This document shows, in pieces, positions 52,321-64,000 of a DNA stretch of 64,000 nt (position 1 is its first letter; the number at the start of each line of letters is the position of its first letter). Made by a program: the position numbers and the translations under genes. Source of the DNA: Zygnema circumcarinatum SAG 698-1b (taxonomy: Eukaryota > Plantae > Zygnematophyceae); assembly GCA_037447605.1 (NCBI GenBank), contig CM074804.1, forward strand, positions 8,099,909-8,163,908, in the 5' to 3' direction. The notes below the pieces were generated by a model, which searched no databases, was not told the origin of the DNA, and saw nothing but the letters and a program-made list of their open reading frames with translations.

Positions 52321-53222
52321 GGCCGACGACGGAAGTGGGAGGAAGAGAGAGGAGAGGCAGAGAGAAGGAGAGGGATGTGGGATGCATTAGCACAAGGTGT
52401 GGGAGATAATATAAGGGAAGGCGGGGGGGCATGGCAGCTCCCGCCCGGTTGAAGGCCCCTCTCGCCATGGCGGAGAGCGCTTTCCTTCCCTTCCCCTTCC
52501 GCTGATCTGCGGAGAAGGCTCTGCCGCTTCTGAGAGCCGTGTCGCCCACCACAACCCGATATATCGTCATACTATACATATCCCGAATCGGTTTTCTATG
52601 TCAGCAGAGATATAATCGTGATATCTAATATATCGGATATTCGTGATATATCGGAATATACATATCGTATCGTCCCTTGGCGAGGTACAGTCTATACCGT
52701 ACGAAACTGTACGGTAAACTCAACGACATTCCGCGGTATCCGATAATTCCTTCTTCTCAACGACGAGTTCCATCTGCACATTCGCACTATATGAACAAGG
52801 ACGATTCTGAGCCGATTGGAAGGGTTTTGGCCACTGCTGCCACTCGGGGCATCTCCAATACACGAGCGCCACGTGTGAAGTAGTGTTGACGTGGCGGTCC
52901 GCCATTGGAGGATGCTCGCTCCTGGTTCTCCAATGGGGGCCGGCCGGCCTTGATAAGGGGAGGGAGATTGGAAGGGGGGGTGGGGGACCATGGCGGCGGG
53001 GGAGGGCGGGAGAGAAAAGGGAGGGAGCGAGAGGGGAAGGGAGGGAGGGGAGGGGAGGTGTGTTGGCGCCATGGCTGCCATTAGCGCGCGGTCTCTCTAG
53101 CACGGAGGGCAGCCATTGCTGCGCCGTCCGACGATCAGCTGCTTCTTCTCGTGCTGAACACTTTGCTGTTGGAGAGAGAGAGAGAGTGAGAGAGAGAGAG
53201 AGAGGGAGAGCTGAGAGGCGCC

Positions 53223-55097
53223 ATGACTGCGGTGGCAGCTCCCTTGCAGTTGAGGGGGAGTGCGAGCCAACCGGTTTCTGCTTGTTCAGGTACTGCAATG
53301 GCCCTTCTGAATGAGAGGCGAGGTGGAGGTGGTGCCCGAGTGCGCAGGCCTTGTTTTTCTCCTTAACTTCCATTGCAATTCTTACCCACTATTTTCGCTA
53401 CCTGCTGCATGCAGTCGACAATGCAGTGCAGTAGCATTTGAGATGAGCGAAGAGGTCATTTCATTTTGTTTTCTTTTTTCCTTCCTTTTTGGCCAGAAAA
53501 ACGGAATGTTTCGAAATGTCAAGTCGCCGTTACTTCGTGGAATAGCAAAAGCAGATTGTTTCTATCATTACAGGCTGGTAGAGACGCTCAAATTATCGGG
53601 GCTACTGTTAGGCCATCGCTTGCTTGCCGAGCCAGCAAGGAAGGTAAGCTATCCAAGGTAGCACTTATCATTACAACTTCATGCACTTATGGGGGGGAGT
53701 AAGTGAGAGATAGAGAGGGAGAGAGACAGAGATAGAGAAAACGGGAGAGGGAAAAAAAGAGAGGGAGTGAGAGAGAGGGGGGGAAGGTGGACGGGAGCGC
53801 CGTGAAGCAGAGAGGGGGGGTGGGGAGTGGGAAGGGGGGTGGGGTGTGGGGGAAGGAGGTGGAGAAAGGGCTAGAAATGTTTAGGATGGATGGAGAGCGT
53901 GATGAACACAGAGAGAAAGGGGAGAAGAAAGAGATGAGGGAAAGTTAAGTTCCAAGTTTACTTATTTTCTATGTGGGTGTTGGTAGGGAGGCAGATTTGG
54001 TAGAGCGTTCCCGCTCCATGCAACTAAGTGCAAGCGCTCTCTTGGCGGAGCTCCTGAAGGCAGACGATGTGCAGGCGAAGGTGGTGGAAAATTTGGACTC
54101 TGTAAACGAGGAATTTTTCACAATTGCATCGACGTATGTCAACATGGTGCGACTCCCGTGAAAACAGCTTCCAGTCTTTCTTTCGGGTTTTAAGGGTCAT
54201 TATGGTCTTTCTGGTGCTTTTTTGTTGCGGGGTACCCCCCATGTTGTCGCAAGCTTCCATCCATGGTGCCTGAATGGGTGGCATTGTGGCCACTGTTTGC
54301 GGAAATGAATGTGGCCTGCTCACTTTAAGAGTCAGGGCTCCGCTTCTTCTCTTCATGGAAGCTGGGCCGCCTCTTTTGCAGCTGCGGATTTCCGCTCTTG
54401 CAGGGAGCATACATCGGACATGGTTTCTTACATTAATGAAGAGAGTTGCCTGCTGGCCTCTTCGCTACTTCTGTCATTGAATTTTAAGAGCCGGTCCGCT
54501 CATGCGTAGTGTTTACAATTATGTGTCGGTGCTGAATGTGCGTCTGTCTCCCCTCCCTCCCCTCCCTCTCCCTCTCCTCACTCTCCCCCATCCGCTCCCT
54601 TCCTGCAGGCACAGAAGGAAGGGAATACGGAGGTAGTGAAGAGGCTTGAGAGCACGCTGAAGATCGCCATGGAGGAGAAGAACAAGACTTTGCGACCGGA
54701 GATTCGACTCCTGAACCAGGTTTGTACACCTTTTTCTCCGAGTTTATGCTTATTTAGGGAGTCGTTTTACGAAGGGAGAGGGGGAGGGGAAGAACCCGGG
54801 GATTGTTTCAGTTGTCTGCGGTATCCTAATGGGGGGAAATGGGGTATGTCTGCGCAGCTGCTGATGGAAAAGAAGGGAGGAGAGCGCATCAAGACAATTC
54901 AAGCGAACTTGGAGTACTTGGAGCCGGAGTCGTACTTCTTCCAACTGCTGAACCGCTTCACGCTTGATGTGGAGAGGCAGCCGGAAGGTTCCACTAAGGC
55001 CGAGCTCATGGTGCAGCTCAAGTCCATTGCCAGGGAGACAAAGGAGGCCTCAACAGGCGTGAAGAGAACTCCAAAGAAGGGGTTTGGGGGGAAGTAA
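53223..55097 (+). CDS. Uncharacterised alpha-helical, probably plastid-targeted protein
   Basis: Phase-consistent exons near 53574-53641, ~54009-54148, 54610-54719, 54858-55097: ACRASKEDLVERSRSMQLSASALLAELLKADDV...FFTIASTYVNMAQKEGN...EEKNKTLRPEIRLLNQLL...YFFQLLNRF...KKGFGGK*. The first exon is tentative. Confidence 0.65.
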
Positions 55098-55843
55098 GAT
55101 GATTGGGTGCAAGTGGGTTCTATAAGCTTGAAATTCGTTCTTTTGGAAACGGGCCGGTGAAGGATGTGCCACCATGTTTAGATAGTGCAGTTCTGTGCAA
55201 TATGTGCTACAAATTGTATTTAATCTGTTTCAAAGGATCGCTCTGTTGCGTATCTTGTAATTTTATCCACATTTTTGTCCTTTTCTCCTTCTAACATAGC
55301 ATGGATGCTACACAGGCGAGAGGGAGTGGGGAGAGGGAGTTGCAAGTGGCGAGAGGGAGATGCTAGGGGTGCAACGGGCGAGGGAGATGATAGTGGGAAA
55401 AGGGGAGGGGTGACAGCAGCTGCAGGGGGGGAGGGGGAGGGAGAGAGGGATAGAAAAGGCGCTTTTTCAAGACCTCGCACACCTAAAAGCAAATCTGCTA
55501 GTGTTAAATTAGCCACTTCAAGTCGTCAGATTGCAAGGAAGATAACCCTGCGGCCCTCCATGTCTACTCCGTCGAAAGCTCCACATGTCGCCCCGACATT
55601 CAAGCAAGATCGTCTCTCTATGGGCATGAAGCCGCCAAAAACTGGCATCGCCAGTGTACTCTCGTACATACTTACATATGGTACCAAGTCAGAATTTACA
55701 CAAGCAAACATGCTCTCCCTCTCCCTTGCACACTCTTTCCCTCTTCTTCTACCTCAAGCACGTTTTCCCGCTTTCTCCCCCAAAAAAAGACCACCAAAAT
55801 TTTGGAAAAACTGTTGTACGTTTTGAAGTCGTACATGGCGATC

Positions 55844-57999
55844 TCATGAGGAGGCGTAGTCCGGCAGTTTCCCAGCACGGAAGATTGAGAACTTGGTCGC
55901 CTTGCTGTAGGCGTAGGGGATGCTTGAGTCGCTCAGAAAGGCCTCTCTGCTTCCAAAGCACACTCACCAAAAGAGTTGCACTTTAGGGAAACCCTAGCCT
56001 CTCTCCCCTCCGCCACCCTCGCTCTCGCTCCTTCTCTCTCTCTATTTAAGGGCTCTCTCTCCCACTCTCACTTTCAATCAAGGATCTTCTACTATAACTT
56101 TGAGCCCTAGATTCGAACTCTGTACACCGCATATAAAGGGAAGAACGGCCGAAGAGGACGGAAAAGGGCAGACAAGGTCTTACAGTTCCGATCGGAGGCG
56201 CTCTGGTTCTGACGTTTCACATTCAATCTCATATTGCGTCCCAAACGGAAACTGAAAGCAAAGAAAAGACACACGAAATAAGCGTAGTGACGTTTCCTAA
56301 ATTTTTAAAGGAGTGTCGCATGAGGTTAATTGTGACATGAAGATCATCATGCAGCCTCTCCAGACCCTAAACTATTGGAAACCTTAGGACAATAGAACAT
56401 TGAAAGAGAGAAAGAGGGGGAGAGAGAGGAGAAAGCGAGAGAGGGAGGGGTAAATATTGAACTGATAGAGAGTGGTAGAGCTCAGAGGTAGAGTTGATTT
56501 TTCCTGAAGGCTTCTTCCAACCTTCGAAACCCTAAGTAGCAAAACGTTATAAGAAAAGTTTCAAACAAATGCTGAACCCAAAAGAGCGCCAAAACGTTGA
56601 AAATTATCTCATGCTTTAAACCCAAAAACAAAAAAGTCCTATGCAGGCAAAGGAAGGTAGAATGCAATCTAACCTTTGTTTCGTCAAGCTCAATTTTATG
56701 ATCGTTCCAATCAAAGACCATCCGCACATTCCGAAAGCCTCCGAGGCAGACGAACTGTTTACAATCATACTTCTCCGCCTGCTCCCACAGACAATCATAC
56801 TTCTGTAACATAAGGAGGCGGGGAACGAGAGAAAACGAGAGAGGGGGGAGGGCAGAGGAGAGAGAGAGAGGAGGGGGGGCGAGAGAGAGTGGAGGGGTGA
56901 TCGAGACAGAGAGAGGGGGGAGGGCAGAGGAGAGAGAGAGAGGAGGGGGGGAGAGAGAGAGGGGAGGGGTGAGCGCGAGAGAGAGGGGGATAGAGAGAGG
57001 AAGAGGGGAAGAGGGAGCGAGAGGTGGGAGAGAGAGAGAGGGAGAGGGAGAGAGAACATATTGCATGTTATGGGTAGAGAGAGTACACACTCACTGTTCT
57101 GTGCAGGAGAGTGCTGCCAGTTGAGAGAAGCTTACTCGGATCGCTCACACACGTGCGTCCCAGCGACGGGTCGATCTCCTCTTCCTCCTGAAACCCCCAG
57201 CATTTGGAAAAACAAAAAAAAAAAAACGAAAAACAGAATGTGTGTATGCCCTCACGGTTCTGAGCCCTTGAAACCTCACAAGTCCCAAGGACTGCTCAAT
57301 GCCTTGACTCACGAGCCCTGGATTCTGAACCCCTTGAAGCCCTGAAACCCTAAAATCCGAGCTCCCTGAAGACCCTCTGAATCCTACATGCTAATTATAT
57401 GAACAGAGATGAAAAGGGGGAGGCGGAGAGTGGGGGTGGGGGAAAGGCGAGGAGAGAGACAGGGAGGAAGAGAGAGATAGAGAGGGGGGGAGGGAGAAAG
57501 AGAACGGAAGAACGAGGGAGCAAGAGAGCGACAGAGACAGACAGAGAGGGGGTGAGCGAGACCTCCGTGGCCCGCCCTATCCCGTCCTCCATGAGCGCTC
57601 GTCCCTTGATCGTGACCACACATTTCGCATCGTCGTTGTAAAACCGAAGCCGCAGCGTCACGCGGCGAGAGCTCCTACAGAGCATGAAAGAAAATATTTT
57701 TTTTTACACAAATTCAGCAACTCAATTTGTGGGGCTTCATCCCAAACACATTTCCAGCAAATCTCTTTCCTTCTTTTTATCTTTTTTTCTCAAAAATTAA
57801 TTTCATTTTTGCTCTACCCCCCCCCCCCCCCTCCCTTTTCTCCCCCCCCTCCCACTCACAGCTCCTGCTTGGCCCCATCAAAGAAGATGTTCTCCTGGAA
57901 GTGGGTTGCCACGTGGCGATCTTTCAGAACACGTGCCACGTCAGCATGCGCATCAGCAGAGGGGAGCCGCAGCTTGACCTCCACCTCCATGCCCGCCAT
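55844..57999 (-). CDS. TTM3: Triphosphate tunnel metalloenzyme 3 (CYTH domain)
   Basis: MAGMEVEVKLRL...HFQENIFFD...TLRLRFY...CVVTIKG...EEEEID...FVCLGGFRNVR...IELDETKFPFGTQYEIECETSEPE...SKATKFSIFRAGKLP. Contains the ExExK CYTH motif and follows the Arabidopsis TTM3 motif order. Confidence 0.93.
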
Positions 58000-58417
58000 G
58001 GCGACCGTCCGTACAACTCCTGCAAACCCTAATTCCTGAACCCTCGAATCTCTATAGAGGAACCTAAAATTTCTGAGCCCTGGGCGCCCTAAAGCCCTGC
58101 GAATGGCCGGGGTCATGGGAAAGAGTGCCACGTGGCGGCCTGAGACACGGGAGGTGCCAAGTGGCTGATCCTTTTGATTTCAACGGCGATCCAGATTGAG
58201 TGAAGAATCCTACCTGGCAGTTCAATGGACAGTCCCGATTAGGTCAATGCTGGAACGTGGCAGTTTCATAGACGGCCACGATTAATTGGTGGATCTTACG
58301 TGGCAGTACCATAGACGGTCCAGGTTGAGTAACGGATCAAAGAACAGCAACATGGACGGTTCAGATTGTGTGAAAGAATCCACGAGAACGTTGATTGTTT
58401 TAGACCCGCCAAGCAAA

Positions 58418-58796
58418 CGACCGCGAATGGGTGAGCGTCGGCCGGGAAGCTCAAGTTTGGCGCCGGGCAGCATTCAAATGGCTTTTTCTGCCCTCCACGC
58501 GAAATCAATCGTCCGCGATTGGGCGAGCGGCGGCCGGGCAGCTGAAATGCTTTCTGGTCGTCCGTCGCCGCGATTCCGATCAGGTGCAGCCCCCGTACAG
58601 CGCGTCCCGTCACGTCGCGCGCACCGTACGCCAGCATTCCCCCACGGCGGTGGCGCCACCTGTACGTCCGTACAGTCTGATCCACAGGGGAGATGAGGTA
58701 GGCGCGTGGCCGGCCATTTTGGGCCACCCCTTTGTCGTCCGGGCAGCTCGCTGCCAAACTTGAGCTGCCCGGCCGACGCTCGCCCAATCGCGGACG
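58418..58796. mobile_element. GC-rich MITE-like element with 44-bp inverted repeats
   Basis: 58418-58461 and the reverse complement of 58753-58796 match at 40/44. A third partial copy lies at 58510-58543 (33/34). No TSD or ORF. Confidence 0.55.
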
Positions 58797-59016
58797 CTTG
58801 CCTCGCGTATGGGGCAGCCTGTAATAGGTTTGGTCTGCCCGGGTCCCTCCCCAAGGCCTCGCCCCGCGGCCCGGGCTGTCATGTCTCCCTCCCTCCCTCC
58901 CTCCCTCCCTCACCGACCACCCGCTCTCTCTCGCTCTCTCGCTCACTCACCCTCCCTCTCTTCTCTCGCTCTCTCTCTCTCTCTCTCTCTTGCTCTCTCT
59001 CTCTTCCTGCTCATCC

Positions 59017-59998
59017 ATGGCCGTGCCAGGTGCTGCCACGGCGGCAGCTTTCTGCTCCTTCTGGCTGCAGTGGATGCAGCTGCTCGGAGCGGCCTTGGGC
59101 GGCGGGCTGAAGGCTGCTGCAGCCGCCCGCCCGCACCTGGAAGACCTTTTTTTCGTGTGGTGCACCGTCTCCTGGCATGCGCTGGCAGCCATGGCGGTGC
59201 TTGGATACAGCGCTTGGGCGTGGCTGCTTGTGGGCGCCACGGAACTCGGAAAGGCCTACCTTTTAGCGGTGGACTGGTTGCACGAGGAGTTCGCAAAGGA
59301 GTTAGCGAATCCTCGCCGGGTATGACTTGCTGCACCTTTCAAAGATTTCAAGCTTTTTGTTTTAAGGGTTGTTAGCATCGGAAAGTGCCTTTTGCGTTGG
59401 TGCTGCTTGCTTTTGTATGGGCTAGTTTTGAAGGTTTGTATGCATCCCCTTGACTGATTTGGCGTTTTCTGATCTCTTGCTTTCAATACAGCCCCCTCAG
59501 ATCGTAAAGACATATCCCAATGTCCGCCACTCGAATTATTATGCCAAGTCCTTGGATTACCCGAAGTTGAAGGCGCCGCTCTATGATGAGCCTGAGCCGC
59601 TATTCAGTGCGAGGTGGCCTCTATTCCGTGACTCCTCGCCAGTGTTCAGTGCGAGGCAAAATGCATTCAGTGAGCCGCAGTACAGCCGCCGCCACAGTGG
59701 TCTTGGGAAGGGGAAAATGGGAGTGGGAGGAAATTTGCAGAGCTCCTCTCCTTGGAAAAGGAAGCTGGGAAGCGACCTCCAAGATTTGGTTACCATCCAT
59801 GAAAGGCTGAACAGCGGTTGGGATATCGAGGCGAGCAATGCGGCCTTGGCGCGTGAATCGGCTCTTCTGCGCGAGTCACTTGCCCGCTTGGACAAATCGC
59901 TGCAAGTGAAGCCTCTCCATCCGATGTGGACTGATCCCAGAGGAGTGTTTTTGCCATCAGAGGATGGCCAGGGCTTCAAATGTCCTCTCTGTCCTTGA
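59017..59998 (+). CDS. Uncharacterised protein with hydrophobic N-terminal helices and a C-terminal coiled-coil plus CxxC
   Basis: Exons 59017-59319 and 59492-59998 are in frame. Trp/Ala/Leu-rich N-terminus, then ...SNAALARESALLRESLARLDKSL...GFKCPLCP*. No family recognised. Confidence 0.55.
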
Positions 59999-60621
59999 TT
60001 GAGGCAGGTTGTAAAAATAGAGTAGGAAAAAATAAGGCAATTTTCTTTTTGGTTGGAGAGAAGTGTGGCTCGCTACAGAAGCATCTCTTGCATGATGCTT
60101 GGTTTTTTTGTTTCGAATTGAAGCAGAAAGTGACAATTGTCACGCTCTGTAGTGGTCCACAGTCCTTGAGTCCACGTAGCAGAATAGCTGTGTCAGAAAT
60201 TGTCAGCTCTAATTTTGTTGCCTTAAATGGCTGTCCATTTTGATGAATAAAGGGTCTCTTTTGATTGTATGACTCTCTCTATGCCTATTTTTTGCAGCAC
60301 CATGTTGGTATGTTCATGCTGCTGTTGCGTTCAGAATTTGCTCTACTGCTAGCTCTCAATGGGATCCAGTTCCTCATCCCTCGGTACAGCAGCTGCTGAA
60401 CATCGTCTTCTTATCTTCTTGGCCTCAGCTTTTGAGCCTCTCTTTCCACCCACACTATTGCTTATCAAGGAGAAGGTTCCAAGTAGGGGGCTCAAAAGCA
60501 ACCAGCAACCCTCTACCTGTGTTCTCAGCACATTCTGTAAAATGGAAACATGCCTTTAACAATACCATTCCCCCCTTTCTCTCTCTATCTCGCCCTCCTT
60601 CACTATCCCTTTTTCCCCCTC

Positions 60622-61003
60622 TCAATGGTTGCAACCATTGGCTGGCTTCCCAGCCAACCACTGCCAATGAGTGCAACCATTGGACCATTTATTCCCAGCC
60701 CACCCAATCATGGCCAATGGTTGCAACCATTGGCTGGCTTCCCAGCCAACCATTGCTAATGACTGCAACCATTGGACCTTTGATTCCCTCTCCACCCAAT
60801 CATTGCCATTGGTTGCAACCATTGGCTGGCTTCACAGCCAACCATTGCCAATAACTGCAACCATTGGACCATTGATTCTTGCCCCACCCAACCATTGCCA
60901 ATGGTTGCAACCATTGGCTGGCTACCAAGCCAGCCATTGCCAATAACTGCAACCATTGGACCATTGATTCCCGCCCCACCCAACCATTGGATCCAATGGT
61001 TGG
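60622..61003. repeat. Array of eight 20-bp palindromic units (92-bp higher-order period) ending in a 24-bp perfect palindrome
   Basis: Units at 60622, 60664, 60714, 60756, 60806, 60848, 60898 and 60940, with consensus CCAATGGTTGCAACCATTGG. Confidence 0.95.
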
Positions 61004-61659
61004 CTGGATCGGGAACCGACGGTTTGCAAATAACGACTATTCCAACTGTTGACCCAACCCATGGTCCGTCCAGCCCTTGGCCCTAGTCCAGTCTGATTTG
61101 GCACGTTCCTTTTGGAGGGATTCGATTGGACTGCTGATTTTGAAGTTTTTCTAGAAAACGGGACGAGGTATATTAACTGAGGTGTGGTCACATGGTCGAA
61201 TTGAAAGGGCTACATCACTGTCGCAGTGTCCGCGCTGTTTTTCTGGACAGAGAGCTTTGCGACAGGGCATGGAACGGCAGTTTCAACGCTTGTGTAACGT
61301 AGGCCATGGACATGGAAGGGGTTGGTCCTGCCCTGTACGGACATCCAACATCTGATTGATAAAGAGGGAAGGGGAGAGGAAGGGATATGACAAGGCAAAT
61401 TTTTGGAGCTCTGAAAGTGTCTTTCATGCTGTAAAAAATTCTATATAAAGAAGAACAAAATACCTTTTTCTTTTTTTGGTTAATAAGCGATGAGACTCCA
61501 CTATGTACACCTCCTTACTACAATGTATGGAACACCTATCAAATATTGCCCCTCCACCCAATCCCTCCCCCCCCCACTCCCACCCCCTTTCTCTCTTTTC
61601 CTATCTCTCTTTCTCTCTCTCTCTCTCATACCCTTTTTAGCCCTTAAGACATAGAAAGG

Positions 61660-63949
61660 CTAACTAGCTGCAAGGCTCACGTTGGGAGCAGAAGGAAACA
61701 CGAACAGCTTGGAGCTCTGCAAGGAGGGATGCAGCTTTGCGTTGTACTGATTCACAGTTACATGGATCCGAGGAAGCTGCAGCATCCCAGAAGTGATAGC
61801 TACCACTCGGTAGGTGAGAGGGGAGGAGGTGAAGGGGAGGACGGATTGGCTCCCATTGTGGGCCCCAGAGAATACGAAATTTGGGGCATCTTGAACGGAG
61901 AAGGGAACGTTAAGGAGAGCAGGAGACTGGTTTTGAATGATAACGGAGAGAGTGAAGGGGACTCCCAAAACTGCATATTTGGGGCACTGGAGGCTCACTA
62001 CCACTGGGACTGACTCTACGGTTACATGCTCAAGGTCAATATAACTAGTTACCGGTTCCGTAGAATTGAGAGAGTCTTGGATTTCCCTGTCGAAATTAGG
62101 GTTTTCAGGGTCTGTTTTTCTGCCTTCTTCAGGGACGTGCCTTTGCCAGTGCAGGCGAAGTCTCCCAACCGTTAGATCTGAAGATGTGACCAATGGGGTG
62201 ATGCGGAAAAGCCTCGTAAAAGCCTCTCCCTCAGAGAGAACGAGCCCTCCTGAACCCTTCTCTCCCTGAGCTCCCAAAGCAGCCCCCTGCATACTCCTAC
62301 CCTCTCCCTCACTCCCTCTCCCATCTTCTCTCTCACTGATAGGAAGTACTTGGCACGCCTTCTCGTCGGCCTCCTCTACCACCATTTGGAGCAGTCTCAC
62401 AGGGACAATAGAGGTGCTTCTCAAACACACTACCATTGTACACGTGTCATTCAGTGGGAGAGCAGCTGCGCGGGTTGGAGCCTCTCCCTCTCCCCCTACG
62501 TTGCTTCCGCCGGCCACTCGCGTGCCGCCACCTGGCAGCAATGCATCCTTCCGGAAGGGGCCCAAATACCTTACAGTAGCAGAAAAAGCCGCAAAGCTGC
62601 TCATATTCAGGCTTTGAGAAACATGGAAATAGCTGCTTCTCCCTCCCTCCTCCGAACCTCCCTCTCCTGTCTCCTTCTGAACTGTGTACGAAAGAGTAGC
62701 AGTGAGAGAGGCTCTCCCTGCCTCCCTCCACCTCACATACACAACTGCTTTCCATAGACTGCCTTTTGCTACAGGTGGAATTTCCAACACAACCCCAAAC
62801 TTGGGCTCTGAACCCTCCAAACCCACCCCTTCAGCAAGCTCAGCATTCTCCCCCTTTTCAGGGTTTCTCGAAAAAATGGAGTTTTTAGGGTTGTGGGGCG
62901 GCTGAGCTTCAACGAAAATTTCCGCGGGTGCCCGAACATCGCTTCCGGGAGAAGCAGCCAATGGCTGACTGCCAGGTGGCGCCATCGACGAATGGGAGGA
63001 AGTTACTAGAAGCCGAAGTTTTCCTTGTTGGACAAAATGACCTGTTGATTCGAGCTCAATGTGAACAGGGAGTGCTTCTCCTATAAGAGCAGACTCCGTT
63101 GCTTTAAGATGAAGATTTACAAGAGCCTCCTCCTCCTCTACCTCTATCCATGGCTGCCCTGCCATAGAGAGAATAGGGTCTAGAAAGGGAACATTTTCAG
63201 AAGAGCGTTCAAACATCCAAAGGGGGGTGGAGTCTACAAGAGAGGGAGGCACAATGCTGCAGGAGAGAGTGGCGTAGGGAGATACATGGAGGGTCAGTTT
63301 AACGCATTCCGTTCGTCCGGAAGTACCTGACAAAACACACAAAAGTTTCGGGTGTTCAGTTTTTAGGGTTTGGAGGGCTTTCAGGAAATTTCTAGAGTTC
63401 TCTGCAAAGGTTGCTGTATTGTATTCTTACCTGCAATAACCCGGACAGAAATGCGCTTCCACTGCCCCCTCCTCAATGTAAGTTCAAGACTCCCTTCCAC
63501 TCCCTCTCCCTCTCCCACCCTTCCTCCCTCTCCCTCCCTCTCTCCCTCCCCACCTCCGTTCCGCAATACACAGTTCAACGAGGGATCACTGAACTGAACT
63601 TCCGCCCTCTCCAACTGCACGGGCTGAGGCAAGTGAGAGAGCAACCCCAACTGCAGCACTACCTCCGTTCCAATTTTCACTTTCTGCTCTACAAATGCAG
63701 CCGTTACAGTTACCGCTGTCCGTAACGGACTCTGTGCATCGACCCTCAGTTCTACGAGACTCTCTGCAGTCACTGTCATTCCCACCGTTCCGTCTACCGC
63801 TGGTAGCGTTGAAACTGTACCATGGAACAACCCCATCACTTCAGTAAAAACCACTGCATGTTGTAGCTCTCCTAGGGGTCCTGCAGGGCCAACTTCCGGC
63901 CCTACCACAGGGGGGGATGAACCTGGACTATCATCGGGAGATGGGAGAG
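61660..63949 (-). CDS. TRAPPC11: Trafficking protein particle complex subunit 11 (Gryzun), 3' part; the gene continues beyond the window
   Basis: Exons 63949-63431 and 63326-61660: LVELRVDAQSPLRTAVTVTAAF, LGLLSHLPQPVQL, ALIGEALPVHIEL, PVVVSLQCPKYAVLGVPFTL, FVFSGAHNGSQSVLP, SGMLQLPRIHV. Confidence 0.88.
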
Positions 63950-64000
63950 CTGCAAGTTCTAAGGAGTATTCTAAGTATTCTTTAAGGGAGTTGAGATGTC

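Noticed and set aside
55275-55826. 183-aa ORF between the plastid gene and TTM3
   Set aside because: GA-rich low-complexity start, lies in convergent 3' UTR space, no recognisable motif.
60622-61003. CRISPR array
   Set aside because: Spacers are not unique (two alternating homologous types), repeats are 20 bp, there are no cas genes, and the context is eukaryotic. Kept as a palindromic repeat finding.

Overview
Gene-dense, intron-rich eukaryotic nuclear DNA of green-plant type. The gene set, the CT/GA-rich introns and a root-cap-family gene with a PAN-like domain suggest a streptophyte (zygnematophyte-like) alga; this is inference only. About 13 spliced genes could be rebuilt by hand from GT-AG boundaries: RRP15 (+), RPL5/uL18 (+), a PLAT-like + 4TM plastid protein (+), a laccase-type multicopper oxidase (+), a ULP/C48 SUMO protease (+), an FHA protein (-), a bacterial-type BtuF/TroA-like binding protein (-), a WAC-DDT chromatin protein (+), COQ9 (+), a root-cap/LEA-related protein (-), an unknown plastid helical protein (+), TTM3/CYTH (-), an unknown membrane protein (+), plus the 3' part of TRAPPC11 (-). 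Most ORFs in the supplied track are artefacts of microsatellites. There are four 10-N gaps and a 1194-bp exact duplication next to two of them (probably an assembly artefact). The most unusual non-coding signals are an 8-unit palindromic repeat array with alternating spacers (60622-61003), recurrent GTAC-core hairpin clusters at gene 5' ends, GGATC(C/A)AC clusters, TTAGGG-like intronic arrays, a W-box minisatellite in a laccase intron and two MITE-like inverted repeats. No rRNA, tRNA, CRISPR or intact transposase was recognised.
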